The notes: a model not told the origin generated them from the sequence alone. 64,000 bases of DNA from the human T2T-CHM13v2.0 reference genome, Homo sapiens (GCF_009914755.1 NC_060927.1), one strand, 5' to 3'; numbered from the stretch's first letter, positions 12,276 to 26,529 are shown. Numbers and translations: made by a program.

Positions 12276-12844
12276 TGTATTAGTTAACACTGCATAACAA
12301 ATCACCACAATTTAGATTTAAAACAGCATACATTTATTATCTGAAAGTTTCTGTGGGTCAGGAGTCCAAACGTGATTTAGCTGGGTCCTCTGCTCAGAGT
12401 TTCACAAAGCTGCAAGCAAGGCGTTGGCTGGGGCTGGGCTTTTATCTGAGGTTCAGATGCTTCTTCCAAGATCACATGGTTGTTCACAAAACTTATTTCC
12501 TTGCAGCCGTAGAGCTCATGGCAGCTTGCTTATTTAAGGCTAATAGGAGAGAGAGTCTCTGACTGGTTCACTCTCTTTTAAAGGACTAGTCTGATTAGGT
12601 CAGGCCCACCCAGGGGATCTCTTTGATTAACTCAAAGTCAGCTGATTAGAAACCTTATGTATATCTGCAACTTCTCTTCACTTTTGTTATATAACATAAC
12701 ATAATATGGGAGAGATGATCCCATCACTTTTGCCATATTCTGTTGGTTAGAAGCAGGTTACATGTCCCACCCACACTCAATGGGGGAGAGGATTATACCA
12801 AGGCATGGATTATTGAGAATCACTCTAGAATTCTGTCTATCATA
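12276..12844 (-). mobile_element. MaLR solo LTR (MLT1E-like), co-oriented with VEPH1
   Basis: tgtattagtt...ctgcataacaaatcaccacaa...catttattatct...ctgtgggtcaggagtcc; gattaggtcaggcccacccagg; ccatattctgttggttagaagc. Confidence 0.85.
12333..12338 (-). terminator. Candidate distal poly(A) signal AATAAA of VEPH1, inside the MLT1 LTR
   Basis: Plus-strand tttatt; minus strand reads AATAAA then GU-rich TTGTGGTGATTTGTT about 22 nt downstream. Confidence 0.6.
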
Positions 12845-13465
12845 GTGTAATTATATATCTATGTAGTGAAAAAAATAGATGTTTGTAATTTGGAGGTATT
12901 AAAAAGTTGAATACAAAGAAAAAATTATAGAACTTTAAAGTCTTAATTTTAACGGAGATGGCACATTATTTTGAAGATAGAGAAAATGGCTTTCTATCCT
13001 TTTCCTATATTACACTTAGTGCCTTGGGCAGGATATATGTCCAAGTATCTAAACTGTAGATTATATTATATGAACTTAAATGGAATAATTAAATAAGTAA
13101 TTCTGAAAGACAAGTATTTAATGACATAACTGGCTTGATTTGGGAACCATTTTACCATGTGTTAGCCTCAGTTGTAGTAAGAGAGGATCATGTAATTATA
13201 TGTCTATAAGTAAGTTATATGGTTTTTCTCAGTGTACATTAGTTCAACGTTTCTAAAGGTTTTTTTTTTTTAAAGTTTTCTTTTAATACCTTTGACAGAC
13301 TGTGATTTTCATCAGAAGTGCTAATCTTTCCTCAGGATGGAGAGTTCAGGCATCTTTTCATGTTGTTTTCTCACAGTTTTAAATGACATATCTACAGAAG
13401 TTCTTTTATCAGTGACTTTTCCCTTCCTGGCCCCACACTATCTGAGGGCATACTCTGTAGCTCCT

Positions 13466-13481
13466 TTTATTTTATTTTATT
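13466..13481 (-). terminator. Candidate proximal poly(A) signals, three overlapping AATAAA
   Basis: Plus-strand tttattttattttatt, about 220 nt after the stop codon. Confidence 0.45.
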
Positions 13482-13703
13482 TTTGTGGGCATCAGATATA
13501 TTCTGAAGTCAATACTAAAGCTGTTAGAGTATGACATTTACTAAGAATCCTGCCATTTTAGGCCCTTCTTCTTAAAGGACAACAATTCCATTGGTATTTA
13601 GTAAAAAACAACATGGCTTGGTAAATTTAGCTCTTTTTCTTGACATTGGCAATGATAATACAATGCCTGTGGTGTATAATTGTCATGGCTGACTTATAAA
13701 TCC

Positions 13704-13940
13704 CTACAGATATGTGGTTACTTCTCTACTTTCCCTTTCTTTGGCTTGGGCAACTGCCACGTTGATGCACTGGAGCCATTCTTCTGCATTCTTCTCATCC
13801 TTGGCCTTAAAGACATAGGTTTTATTGTCTGTGAAGATTTCGAAAGCCCGGGGGAGAGAGCGGTCCCTGCGTTTCTTGGCCACAGCCTTCACACTCTGTA
13901 CTTTGCTGAGTTCTATTGGGCAGTCGTCAGGGTCATCTTT
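13704..13940 (-). CDS. VEPH1: VEPH1 terminal coding exon, C-terminal half of the PH domain
   Basis: Acceptor tgcctttcAG|AAA; 78 codons [20 protein letters not shown]...[32 protein letters not shown]...EVTTYL then TAG; phase 0 matches the previous exon; conserved PH helix Trp. Confidence 0.97.
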   Translation of the reverse strand, partial: KDDPDDCPIELSKVQSVKAVAKKRRDRSLPRAFEIFTDNKTYVFKAKDEKNAEEWLQCINVAVAQAKERESREVTTYL

Positions 13941-16497
13941 CTGAAAGGCATGGGAAGAAAAGAACATGGGCTGGCTGTTACTGTAGGCAAGGATCTCTGG
14001 CTACTGGAGAACTTTCTAAGAGGGCCAGAATCCTTTCACTTTTTATGTCTCAAGACCTTTGTTATTTTGGGTGCTAAGGCCTCAGAATCATTAGAATAAC
14101 TGAAGGAGTGAGCAATTGGGCCTTTGTTAGAGTATCATAAGTTGACACAAGATAATTAATTTAAAGGATATTATTATAAAGTGGGATTTGGGAAAAATTC
14201 AGAGTTCTTTCATTTTCTATTAACGTTATATTAATAGAGCAAGGTGCAACGGTACAATTTGGAGTGCTATTAACTTATAACTTCAGGTAGTTTGGGAGGC
14301 ATGAAATTGAATTTTCCTTTGTGCTACCTCTGAGAAAGATTTTGCCAAACCTTAATTGAATAGAGAGGCTTCCAGTGTTTGCATAGACCAAACTGTTTTT
14401 GAAACTCTCTGCAGCTTTGGAAGCATGCTTTGTCTACAAACAGTAAGAGAAGAAATATTTAATGATGTTACATTTGCCTTTTATTAAAGCAAAAATTTAA
14501 GGACCTCTACAATACCAAAGTCATCACACTGGGCTAAGATGAATAATTTTAAGGGGCCAGATATTTCTTTGAAGTAATTTCAGGTCTTTCACATGAATAC
14601 ATTTTGTCTACTAGAGAAAGTACCTGTGGTTGAGAATCTTGCCAATTCTCCTTGCCCACCTCTCCTGTTGCAATCACCCTCCTTTCACTTTGCAATGAAA
14701 AAGCATCCTCTTCACTCATCCCATACTTTCTATGATGTTTTGTCCAATGTAAACAAATCTCAGAAGCACCAAACAAAAAAGCAATTCCAACTATTGACAT
14801 CAGGGAAGTATCCATCAGCCAAGGCAATGTAATCACTCCTCATCTATTTCATTATGAGATACATTTTCAATAATATTTCAATTTTTAATGTTTAATAATT
14901 ATTAAGCTTGGCATTATACTTATGGATTTTCATGAAGGATATAACTTTTTAAAAAGATAACTAAATCAGAAAAAATAACACTTGGAGACGGATGGTCACA
15001 AGGAATTTAAACAATTAAATTTCAATTTATACATATAGTTTTACTCAGTGAAAAATGAAATGCCATTCAGGATAAAATGCTGTGATAGAGGTAGAACAGA
15101 AACATGATTTAAAAAAAAAAAGAGAAACAATGTGAACACTTCTATTTAAAAAAGAGTTAATTTATGTATTAAAAATAGTGTTAGGTGTTAAACTGCTATG
15201 GTATTTTAATCCAATGGTTACATTTAATGGAGAGATGTAATCCTTTTGTTTTAAAATGTCAATATTTACAATTCAACAGAAATTACAGTCCGGGCAAATG
15301 TTTAAACTTATGATAAAAGTGTTGCTGCAACTTAAAATGCTGCAAGGTATTACATAGATTTTTCAAAATTCTTTTAGGGTACACAGGATAAAGTTTGAAG
15401 ACATACACACTAGACAATACTTTGTTAGCCTAATTTGGTTTACAGTAAGTATCTGACAGTAATAAAATTGCATTTCTTTGAAGTAGTCTATAGTACAGAG
15501 ATTGATACGAAAATAAAAAGTTACCATAGTAATTTAAAGATGGACAGTGAATCAACTGAGACAGGAATAGATAGAAAGTCAAAGGACACTATTGCCTAGC
15601 TAGTTTGTGGAGATCAAGGTCTTAAAAATGCAAAAGTGAAAGATTAGAGTCTTCCACTAGAGTCTTTCAACCTCAGCTCTAATTTTAAAATGCACATTTC
15701 TTTCATTTAAAAGGGGCCCTTTTACAAGGACCTGAAGCTTCAGCAGGATTGTTGACCACTGGTAGGTTATTGTTTCCCTGGAGATTAGAGGTATTTTGCT
15801 GTGGCCTTCATGCTATATTAAATTATTTCCCACTATTTGAGCCGCAAGTTTTGTCAGAGTTATGGAATGTCAGACCATTATTTCCTGATAAACATGTCAA
15901 ACAAGTTACCTAATTATAAAATTGCTTTTTCTTTAAACCTTATTAAAAAAGCCATGAATCAGAAAGTATAAAGGTCATTATTTGAGTTCAGAAAAACATT
16001 CTCATAGATTAACTCTGCTTTGTCTTAAGGGATCTGGAAAATTACTACGTCTTCATTTCTATTCTTGATTTCTTGAATAAAAACAGAAAATTCAGGTAGT
16101 CATTTTAAACACTTTAAACATGCTTTAGTGTGAACCTATGCTAAAAAAATTTCTTTAAGTTTCCAATAGCTGTCTAAATTGAACTGCCCTTTCAAAAAGA
16201 TGTTCAGCTACAGAAAAGTCCATCTGTATATGTTATAACACACACAGATGAAGAAAGTAGCATGACTACACAGTAGGTATCACAAAAAATATTCTTTTTC
16301 ATTCAAAAAGTTAACAGAAGTCTTATTAATTAAAAGAGCACTGGTCAGAATACACGATACTTGATTCATACTGATTAAAATGTTCAAATACATTTTATAA
16401 TGAGTACTCTAAAGATATAGTGCATATGGCCGAGAATGAATTATAATTTTTAACTAATTTACCACTTTTCATTAATTAATTCAGACAGTTTGGTTTA

Positions 16498-17072
16498 TGT
16501 GATGGTTAATTTATGTGTCAACTTGACTGGGCTAATGGGTACCCAGACAGCTGGGAAAGCATTATTTCCGCATGTGTCTGTGAGGTGTTTCTGGAAGAGG
16601 CTGGCATTTGAATTAGTGGACTGAGTGAAGAAGATCCATGCTCCCCATTGTGGGTGGGCATCATGCAATCTATTGGGGACCTGGATAGAATAACAAGTTG
16701 GAGGAAAGATAAATTTGCTTTTTCTTCTTGCACTGAGACATGCATTCTCTCCTGCCTGTGGATATCAGAGCTCCTGGTTTTGGGGCCTTCAGACTCTGGG
16801 ACTTACATCCCTCCCCCCAGCTCACTGCCATACCCAGGTTCTCAGGCCTTTGGCCTTGGACTGGGAGTTATATCATTGACTCCCTTAATTTTCTGGCCTT
16901 AGGACACAGACTGAATTACACCACCAGTTTTCCTGGTTCTCCAGCTTGCACACAGCATATCATGGAACTTCACACCCTCCATAATTTCATGAGCCAATTC
17001 CCATAGTAAATCTCGTATATGTCTTTATATATCCTATTGGTTCCATTTCTATGGAGATCCCTGGTGAGTACA
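16498..17072 (+). mobile_element. ERVL solo LTR (MLT2B/C-like) with perfect 5-bp TSD
   Basis: tgtgatggttaatttatgtgtcaacttgactggg...taca; TSD gttta at 16493-16497 and 17073-17077. Confidence 0.93.
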
Positions 17073-17129
17073 GTTTACCACTGACTCTGTATTTTAAGTA
17101 TACATGGGAAGCAGTAAACTCATTTAAGA

Positions 17130-17345
17130 ACATGCTTTGGTGTAACACTGCCTGATCTTGACCCCAGTTATACCCTTTCTCACCTTATTAGCTTTATCCT
17201 TGGACAATCCAATCAGTTTCTTTGACTCAGTTTCCTCATCTGTGAAATGGCAATAATAGCAGTGGTGGCCTAATAGGATTGTTTTGAGGATTGTTTGAGG
17301 CAATCCAAGGTGTTGCATAGTAGGCACTGAAAAAATGCTAGTCAT
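17130..17345 (+). mobile_element. MIR SINE
   Basis: ctcagtttcctcatctgtgaaatgg core. Confidence 0.8.
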
Positions 17346-18035
17346 TATGATTATTTTCTAAAATAGCCAAGAAGTAGGTCAAGATTTGATTCCTCTTGAT
17401 CCTGAATCAGGAGAGTTTAATGATACATAAAACCAATTTGAAAAGAAGAGAAGGTAACTTTGCATTATTGATTGCAATGGAATGCTACTTCAGAGGTTTC
17501 CCACTGAAAATTCACAATACAAATAATTACTGAACATCCTATTCAAATGGAAAATTATATTAAATATTTATTAATTTGATCATAATTCTATTATATTCAT
17601 TAACTGAATATTAAATAGATGAAAGACAGTAATATTTTAATCAGAATTAAACTTTGTTGACTATAAAAAGTACCTAAAGTAAATCAGCCTTCATTCTTTC
17701 CTCCTTGTCTATGTCCTCCTTTTTTGGACCCCCATTTCCAAATATAAACTATAGCTATAAAAAAATCAGAGCCAATATCATAAGTCATAAATTTGTGTAC
17801 GTGGTCCACAAGGAAACAAAGGGCACGGTGTCTGAGTCAAGACTTGCAGTCCCTCTGCAGTTCAACTAAAAAGTCAACTAAAACAAGCTTCCATAATAAA
17901 CTGGAAGGGGACAGTGAATCAACTAACATAGGAATAAACAGACTAGACACAGAAATGTGTGATAAAACAATGCTGTAAGATGGTGAAATGGAGATGGAAA
18001 AATTATTAGAGTTTAAACCCAAGACAAAACGTTTA

Positions 18036-18368
<333 letters not shown>

Positions 18369-18849
18369 TTAACCTTTCCTCCTTTGTCCCTAAAAGAATG
18401 CACAATTCAGATATGACAATGGAAAACTGTTGAAAGCCCTCATTGCCATTTTCAAAAGAAATTGGTTCACACAAAGAGCATCTGTTAGCAGTATTTAAAG
18501 TTTATCTGGATATTTAGCTTTCTGTGCTTGGTTTCTTTGTTTCATAGTGTTCTGTTTCTAATGTTGGAATAACCAAATTAATTTGGAACAGTTTGAAATG
18601 TTGGCACAAAGTATCTAGTATGCCATAAGCTTCATTTTGATTTTGCCAGTAACTAGGTAATAAAAAACAAATTTCCATGCTTTATGACACATGAACTGCT
18701 GGAAATATAGCTTTATAAATAATCATAAACCCAAGTATATTTAGCTATTTGGCAGCAAAAGTCAATGCAGCACTCCAAAAGACATGGTTCCTAAAGCGGT
18801 AACACCAAGCAGCAAAGGCAAACTTACCCAACTCTTGTACATGCTAGTC

Positions 18850-19210
18850 TCACTCTCTGGAACACATGTACTCTCTTTCCCCTCTCTGTATTCCCATCTT
18901 CACCTAGTCAACAACTGATCACTTCACATTTCAACTTAAATGTTGCTTCCTTTGGAAAGCCCTCTCCAAATCCAGATGAGGGTGGCTTTCCCCCATATGT
19001 TCTCATGGCACATGGCATGTTTCTTATATATCAGGGATTATCATTTGTAGATAGATATTAGTGCTTATCTGATTAATATCTTTCTGTCTCATTCAGTTGA
19101 AAGCTCCACAAGGGCAGGGTCTTTGCTTTGTTCTCTGTTGAATCACCAAGCATCTAACATGGTGCCTGGCAAATAGTAGGAAGTCTATAAATATTTGTTG
19201 ACTGAATGGA
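18850..19210 (+). mobile_element. L2 3' end
   Basis: aagctccacaagggcaggg...gtgcctggcaaatagtagg...aaatatttgttgactgaatg. Confidence 0.75.
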
Positions 19211-19560
19211 CTAATTTTACATTGAAGCAGAGTGTGCATGATTACAAATGATCATAGAATTAGAAGATCCATTGCAATGTCAGAGTTTAGACGCTGAACT
19301 GAATAATTTTATTCCTTTTACCAACAACATAAGATTCACTCTTCAAATTCAGATGAAAGCATCTGATTTCAGCAGAAGGGGACAATGGAAAGCTCCATCT
19401 GTAGTAGGACAATGTTTATTTATATATATTTATCTTCAATTTTCATAGCACCTTGAAAGTAATAAAATTTGTTCCATCAGTTTGGAAAAATTCTGGACTG
19501 TGCCTGTTTGACCCTATGAACACAACCTGCCTTTTGTACACTACCATTTCTTTTTTCTAA

Positions 19561-20361
<801 letters not shown>

Positions 20362-21246
20362 CTGAAAATACATATCAAATATATTGTAAGATAGTGATAA
20401 GGACTATGATGAATATAGAATAGGGAGTAAGTGACTTGGGGGCTTGGTGTACATGCATGCATTTCAGTGGTCAGGAAAGAGCTTGGATGTTTGAGGTGAT
20501 GACATTTGATCTGACACCTCAGTGATAAGACCCCCAATCTTCTGAGAAGCTCTGGTGGAGGCTACTACTGAGCATAGCAGAGGCAAAAGAAAGCAGGAAC
20601 TCATGAAATATAAACTTACAATTAATATCAAGAAAATAATTTCAGAGTTCTGCTTTGCTTTGATAGGAATTGTCTGATGTGGAGCATTCTTAAAGCTAGT
20701 AATGATCTTTGCAAATTTAAATTTTCCATAAACATGGTGATTTCCTTTGTGCAACCACATCTACAGAGACTTCAGTTAAAGTGCTTAGGGCACTGTGTCT
20801 CCCCACTGGGTTATGCGTTCCTTGAGATCAGGAACAGCCTTAACACAGTGCCTGCCGGGCTAGAGCCTCAGTAAATGTTTATTAACAGTACACCATTGAG
20901 TCACAAAGGGTGCAGCAGACTATCTGGGATGAGGAAAGAAGGTTTCAAGAGGTGATCCAAGAGGAGAAAAAAGGGGAAAAATAAGTTAAAACAAACAACA
21001 AAAACAAAATACCAAAGCCAAAATTAATTTAAAAAATTTAAAAGCACCCATTTTTCATATTTTCAGGTGAGAGAAAATGGTAATCTAATTGTAATATCTG
21101 AAGGTTTTTAATATTAACTTAGAAGATTTAGATTTGAATCCTCTAAATTACAATTTTCTAATCAGCAAGAGAAAATAATAATGCCCCCTGGGATTCTGGG
21201 AGGTCAAAAATCAAAAGAAAGAAATTTATGTGAGGACACTAGGTAA

Positions 21247-21535
<289 letters not shown>

Positions 21536-22528
21536 ATACCATGGTTTTAATGACAAGATGATTTAATGTAATGCTATTTAATAGTGATACATTTTTCCTG
21601 TCTCAGTCTTTCATATTTACTCAAAGAAACATTTGAAATAGTTATGATATCTGAGATGATTTGAAATAATGATTGACTTAGGTAATATTTAAGTACATGG
21701 ATCCTTTTGGATCTGACATAGAGGATTAACTACTTTATTTTTTCTCAAGGCAGATCCAAATGTTTCACTTGAAGAGTAATGTGTGACAAAAGTTTACAAT
21801 GAACACTGGGCAAAATTGTTGGAGTCCTTAAAGACATGGGTGAATGGGATATAATAACTATGATGAGACAGTCAAGACCAAATGATAGGCTTACTAACAA
21901 CAAAGGATGAAGGACTTCAGAGACAAGCTGGGAAGCAAAGACTTTTCACCGTAGCCCAGTGAAAATCAGCCCTAGGGGAAAAAAATCAATGAAAATGGTT
22001 TTAGAAAGGAAACATTAGCAGAACTTTAAAGTAGCTGAATGTGAGGCCCCAAATTTAGGTGTTAGAGTCAGTTTCAGAGAAGTCAGTAAAAGCCAGGCTA
22101 TTTGGAGCTGTGAGATTAATTTAAAAATAATTTCAAAAAACAAAACAAAATTTTTATATCCCGTATCTTAAAAAACTGTTTGTTTGTTTGTTTTTTGTTT
22201 TTGTTTTTGTTGTTTTTTTTTTTTTTTTTTGCTATTACATCTAACATATGCATGGCTGGGGACGTGTCATTTTAAAGGTCTATTGCCCATAGTACGTCCT
22301 TTTAAGCAGGTGATTCAGATATGTTATCACAGCCTCTTCACAGCTAAAACAAGAAACTATTTTTCTAAGATCATCATATTCCATTTGAAAAATAACATGT
22401 GGAATGATCTACGAGGGTATGATCATGTATCATCTAAAATAAATTGTTTGCATGTAGAACATAGAGGATATTCAATCATTTTCTCACTTTCCAATTAACA
22501 CATTATTTCATTTAAAGCACCACAATTT

Positions 22529-22887
22529 GGCCAGGTGTGGTGGCTCATGCCTGTAATCCCAGTGCTTTGGGAGGCCGAGACAGAGGGATCATTTGAGGCC
22601 AGGAGTTGAGACCAGGAGTTTGTGACCAGGCTGAGCAACATAGCGAGACCCTGTCTCTACAGAAAAATAAAATAAAATAATTAGCTGGGCACGGTGGCAT
22701 GCACCTGTAGTCCCAGGTACTCACGGGGGTGAAGGGGTGCAGAGGTGGGAGGATCGCTTGAGCCTCAGAGGTCAAAGTGTGCAGTGAGCTATGATCATGC
22801 CACTGCACTCCAGCCTGGGTGACAGAGTGAAATGCCATCTCTTAAAAAAAAAAAGCAAAACAAAACAAAACAAAACACCAAAAAACA
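22529..22887 (+). mobile_element. AluJ with 15-bp TSD
   Basis: TSD aaagcaccacaattt on both sides; small internal duplication ccaggagtt. Confidence 0.92.
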
Positions 22888-23897
22888 AAGCACCACAATT
22901 TGGCTAGGACATTCTCTACTAACATGGATCTGTTTATTTTTTAAAATATCAACTGGCTATAAAAGCTATGGGTTATTAAACTGAATTTTCTAGTGCAATT
23001 GGAACCCAAACTGTTACTGTGTTTGTCAACTTAAAAGTTTTTCAGAATGCTAATACAAATGTTTATATGTTAATTTTATCCCTTTTCTGCACCAAGTTAA
23101 AAATATTTGTTGCTAAAAAAATGAATTTTGAAGGGGTTGGTCTTATTCAACATGAAGTTGATGAGTAAGTATAATAATAACAGGTCTCCCAGAGCTGAGA
23201 AGACCCACAGCAGGAAGAATAAAAAATAAAGAATATTCATCTGCTCATTTATCAATCATCCACCCACCCCGTATGTATTTTCGAGCACAGATAAGCTGTA
23301 AGGCACTATATTTGGATCTGAGGGGTCATAAAATCACCCTCACAGGGAGCTTTAATTTATCATCTAGGGAAGATATGGCATTTTACAAATTCTACTGCTC
23401 AGTGTAGGGTTTGGCAAGTGCCACCGAGAAGTACAAGCCACATGTTACAGCATTTGAAGAGCAGAAATTCCACTTCTAGTTGAGACAAGGTGACATGAGA
23501 GCTGGGACCCTCATGAAGAAGAGAGAATTTTCCAGATAGAGTGCAGAAAAGGATCAGATAGGATTTTCCAGATAGAGTGGTAGCAAGGTAGGTGTGTGGG
23601 GGAAAACACACAAAAGAACCTGAAGAAGCCGGAAGAATCAGCAAACTCAGAAACAAGTAAAGCAGGTGCTCTCGAACACCCCTCATGGGCTGAGGGGTGA
23701 AGGGAGAAGTCAATTCAAGGCTTTCTAGGTGTAAGATCCAGGAAAGAGATTGAGTAACAGTCACAGAGAGGTCATATTGGACTTTATGGGAAAGTTTTTC
23801 TGAAGCCCCTTTAGAAAGGACTAAGAAAGGGCCTAGAGCCTGCGAGGGTCCAGCTAGCCCAGCATGAAGCCTCATGGGCCCCAGATGGGATCAATGA

Positions 23898-24360
23898 TGT
23901 GTCAGGCAGGGTCTTGGCAGGAAACAGATGGCATCTCAAACTGAGCAGTGGAGGAGAGTTAATAGAGTTACTAGATTATTTACTCAGATGTGGGCAGGGC
24001 GTAGGAAAAGCGCCATAGTACTCTGGGGCCAGTAACCATGCAGGCCTAACACTCCTCCGCCTGAAGAGGAAAGGGCAGAGAACAGTTAGGACTTAGTGGG
24101 AGACCTGTATGGAGAGCACCGTTTGATAACAGCTGTGGCCTGGAATAGAGGACACTGTCGACCCTCGGTGTCCAAGCAGGGAGGCAGCCAGCAAATCAAT
24201 AACTCAACCTCTCTCTCCTCCCTCCCTCTGCTTACTGGTGTCCCCAGTGGTGGAAGGTACCTGAAAGCCAGAGCTAAAAGAGCCTATTGAAACAATCACT
24301 ACATGGCAGCCTGTGGGACATGGAGCTGGGCAGGAGAGATGGAAAACAGAAGCGATCAGG
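23898..24360 (-). mobile_element. ERVL-class LTR (LTR33-like)
   Basis: ggcaggaaacagatggcatctcaaact...gaggagagttaata...gatgtgggcaggg matches the remembered LTR33 phrase. Confidence 0.65.
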
Positions 24361-24802
24361 CACTGATTATATGTCAAATTCAACAAAGTTCAGATATACG
24401 AGGGAACTTCAAAAGTTCATGAAAAAAATGGAATTAGAAGATAAAAATAAAAAGTGGAAACTGTATTTCTCAACATAAACTCCATCAAGTTCAAGACACT
24501 TTGGTAAGTGGTAATATCAGCCATTTAGTCCATTATTAAAGAGCTAAGGGTCCTGGGAATTTAACCATGTTGATGCAGTCGTTTTAACATTATTAACTGA
24601 AACAAAATAAGTGCCCTTTGCAGATTTTTTAAGATTAGGAAACAAAAAGTCAGAAGGAGCCAAATCAGGACTGTAAGGTGGATGCCTAATAATTTTCCAT
24701 GGAAACTCTTGCAAAATCGCCCTTGTTTGAAGAGAAGAACCAGCAGGAGCATTGTCTTAGTGGACAAGGACTCTCTAGTAAAGTTTTCCTGGGTGTTTGT
24801 CT

Positions 24803-24947
24803 CTTTTCTTCTTCCTTCCTTCCTTCCTTCCTTCCTTCCTTCCTTCCTTCCTTCCTTCCTTCCTTCCCTTCCTCTCTCTCTCTCTCCCTCTCTCTCTCTC
24901 TTTCTTTCTTTCTCTTTTTCTCTCTCTTTCTTTCTTTCTCTTTCTTT

Positions 24948-25015
<68 letters not shown>

Positions 25016-25340
25016 TCCTTCTCTCTCTCTCTTTCTTCTCCCTTTCTTTTTTTTTTTCAGGGTCTCACTCTGTCACCCAGGCTGGAGTGCAGTGACACAA
25101 TCATGACTCACTGCAGCCTCCAGATCCTGGGCTCAAGTGATTCTCCCACATCAGCCTCCCTAGTAGCTGGGACCACAGGCACGTGTCACCACATCTGGCT
25201 GGTTTTAAAAATTTTTTATTTTTGTAGAAATGGGGTTAGGCCATGTCGCCCATGGTCCTCAAACTCCTGGGCTCAAGCAATCTGCCCACCTTAGCTTCCC
25301 AAAGTTCTGGGATTACAGGCATGAGCCCCTGTGCCTAGCC
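24803..25340 (-). mobile_element. AluJ whose tail has become a compound microsatellite of about 235 nt
   Basis: TSD cctgggtgttt(g/t)tct at 24788-24802 and 25341-25355 brackets both Alu body and microsatellite. Confidence 0.92.
24812..24867. repeat. (TTCC)14 = (GGAA)14 microsatellite, followed by (TC)n and (TTTC)n
   Basis: 14 uninterrupted TTCC units by hand count. Confidence 0.95.
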
Positions 25341-25779
25341 CCTGGGTGTTTTTCTGCTAAAACTTTTGCTAGCTTTCTCAAAACACTCTCATAATAAGCA
25401 GATGTTGTCATTCTTTGGCCCTTTAGAAAGACAACAAGCAAAATCCCTCAAGCATCCTGAAACACTTGCCATCACCTTTCTTCTTGACAGATCTGCTTTT
25501 GACTAGACCAAAGTACGCCTACAACTTGCCAATTTGCAGGTAGTTTGTACTACAGACATGGTGGTGATTCCCTTATTATGGAAGAAGGGTAGAAAGGAGT
25601 TAGAGGGGGAAAACCATGGGTCTAAAGAATAGAGAAAAATCCTTTTATCTCCTGGCGGTGGAATTGACTAGAAATGAATAAGATGCCCCCAGTGGTTTCT
25701 TCTCAGTTAATAAGAGAATTTAGCATTCATGTTATTCTTGTCATGGAAGACTGAGTTCCAGTTTTTATTAATACCCATT

Positions 25780-26310
25780 GCCATTCATTGATTCTCCCAT
25801 TCTTCTATTCAAAATGCCTTTATGGTTACCATGCACTAGGCACATGCCAGGTAAAGGGGATATAAACACAAATATGACAGTCTCAATTATTGAGATGCAG
25901 AGAAATGCAGTAAGCAAGTGAGTACAGAGTGGGATAAGTACCAGGCTAGATCTGTGCACAGGGTCTAACTGGAACACACTGAGAGGCACTTATTCTAAAC
26001 TGGGGCATACAAAGCAGAAAAGCTTGCTAGAGTAGATGCTGTCTGGGCTGAATTCTCAGGGACAAGTTGCAGCTATGAAGGCAAAGGAAGGAAGGTCATT
26101 GAGCCAAAAAAAGAAGTAAAAAAGAATAAAAGTTCATAGCAAAGGACCAAAGCTGAGGAAGGGAGGCATAAAATGCATTCTAGGAACTGTAACTCATTCT
26201 GGGAGGGAGCAGGGTGGGAGAGAAGAGGCAAGAGATGAGGTGTGAGAATCAGAGAGACCAATCCTAAAGAGCCTTGGGCACCATGCAGAGTGGAATGTAA
26301 TGCTTTGTAG
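25780..26310 (-). mobile_element. L2 fragment
   Basis: Purine-rich antisense L2 phrases (tttatggttaccatgcactaggcac; gcattctaggaactgtaa). Confidence 0.55.
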
Positions 26311-26529
26311 TGTAACATAATGAAAAAAAGCTTGTATAGTCATAGACCTCTTTTATTTCAAGAGCACAAGAGTTCAATAATTCACTCTCTACCTGGTTTT
26401 AAGATTTGTTGCAATTCTGAATGTCTTTAACCAATTATAATTTATTTAACCAGTGTGCTGAATGCCATGTTTACTCTTTATTATAATAGATCACATGAGA
26501 CTGTACCAAAGACTTTCTCTAGTATAGGC

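Larger units (their letters stand above)
12312..13703 (-). other. VEPH1: VEPH1 3'UTR (distal end approximate)
   Basis: Follows the TAG stop at 13704-13706; AU-rich; end inferred from the poly(A) signal. Confidence 0.6.
24399..25510 (-). mobile_element. HSMAR2 mariner transposon remnant, interrupted by an AluJ
   Basis: TA then TIR cgagggaacttcaaaagttcatg; minus strand translates LVH*DNAPAGSSLQTRAILQEFPWKIIRHPPYSPDLAPSD (mariner DD34D motifs, premature stop). Confidence 0.9.

Noticed and set aside
13680-14099. 139-aa plus-strand ORF, and similar ORFs at 17988-18239 and 39008-39388
   Set aside because: Antisense shadows of real VEPH1 exons.
23527-23579. 17-bp direct repeat attttccagatagagtg with a 19-nt spacer
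   Set aside because: No EN site or tail, and the spacer itself contains cagatag; probably a local duplication.
24682-25294. Three 135-165 aa ORFs
   Set aside because: Microsatellite and Alu read-through.
25686-25700. CTCF-like ccactgggggca on the minus strand
   Set aside because: One base short of the core spacing; not supportable from sequence alone.
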